This document shows, piece by piece, positions 25,169-25,279 of a DNA stretch of 25,279 bases (the first letter of the stretch is position 1; every line of letters begins with the position of its first letter). Source of the DNA: Utricularia gibba (Eukaryota > Plantae > Magnoliophyta); NCBI GenBank assembly GCA_002189035.1, contig NEEC01000474.1:1-25279 (forward strand), written 5' to 3'. The notes below the pieces were generated by a model. It was not told where the DNA came from. It searched no databases and saw nothing but the letters and a program-made list of their open reading frames with translations. The translations under genes were made by a program, and so were the position numbers.

Positions 25169-25279
25169 TATTTGATTCTTTTGCCGTGTATCCCATTTGC
25201 ATCAATTTCGAGAACGAGAAGCACAATATTAAACGCAGCCACCAAGGAAGGACACGTAAGACACTTTTCGTTGTGGTTT

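Larger units (their letters stand above)
1..25279. repeat. Tandem satellite-type array, ~530-bp monomer, 48 units plus a partial, all in the same orientation
   Basis: The anchor TA(T/C)TTGATTCTTT recurs at 1, 530, 1062, 1595, 2126, 2652, 3181, 3710, 4236, 4764, 5292, 5821, 6351, 6883, 7409, 7942, 8473, 9004, 9535, 10066, 10590, 11119, 11647, 12174, 12704, 13231, 13754, 14281, 14811, 15343, 15870, 16398, 16932, 17465, 17804, 18332, 18861, 19390, ~19914 (degraded), 20429, 20959, 21488, 22016, 22537, 23065, 23592, 24111, 24640 and 25169. Spacing is 515-534 bp except for one 339-bp unit. Units differ only by scattered substitutions and small indels. There is no unique sequence, inversion or insertion. 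Confidence 0.99.

Noticed and set aside
1-25279. CRISPR array
   Set aside because: There is no short repeat separated by unique spacers; the whole 530-bp unit is repeated.
1-25279. Rolling-circle concatemer of a single ~530-nt circle (plasmid, viroid-like element or RCA artefact)
   Set aside because: Differences between units are recurrent, linked and partly alternating substitutions, not independent errors on one template. No Rep ORF, ribozyme or full-length rod-like self-complementarity is visible. A circle derived from the X-Y dimer cannot be fully excluded without raw reads.

Overview
The whole 25,279-bp window is one uninterrupted head-to-tail tandem array of a ~530-bp satellite-type monomer. 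It holds 48 units (M1-M48) plus a 111-bp partial, and the first unit is ~41% GC by hand count. I find no credible protein-coding gene, RNA gene, transposon or CRISPR array; the supplied ORFs are short frames that recur once per monomer and are reshuffled by 1-bp indels. The array has hidden structure. About 20 linked substitutions define two monomer subtypes, here called X and Y. They alternate as a ~1.06-kb dimeric higher-order repeat, most clearly at 9004-17464. One out-of-register junction at 17699/17700 creates a 339-bp unit, equivalent to a 339-bp tandem duplication, and the X/Y parity flips there. Many 1-bp deletions fall exactly on the X/Y diagnostic sites, which suggests the sequence is partly a blurred consensus of mixed monomers. 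Each monomer also has small stem-loops, one with an A-T to T-A compensatory pair between subtypes, and an over-represented CACCAT motif. The organism and satellite family cannot be identified from the sequence alone. Coordinates were counted by hand and may be off by 1-2 bp.
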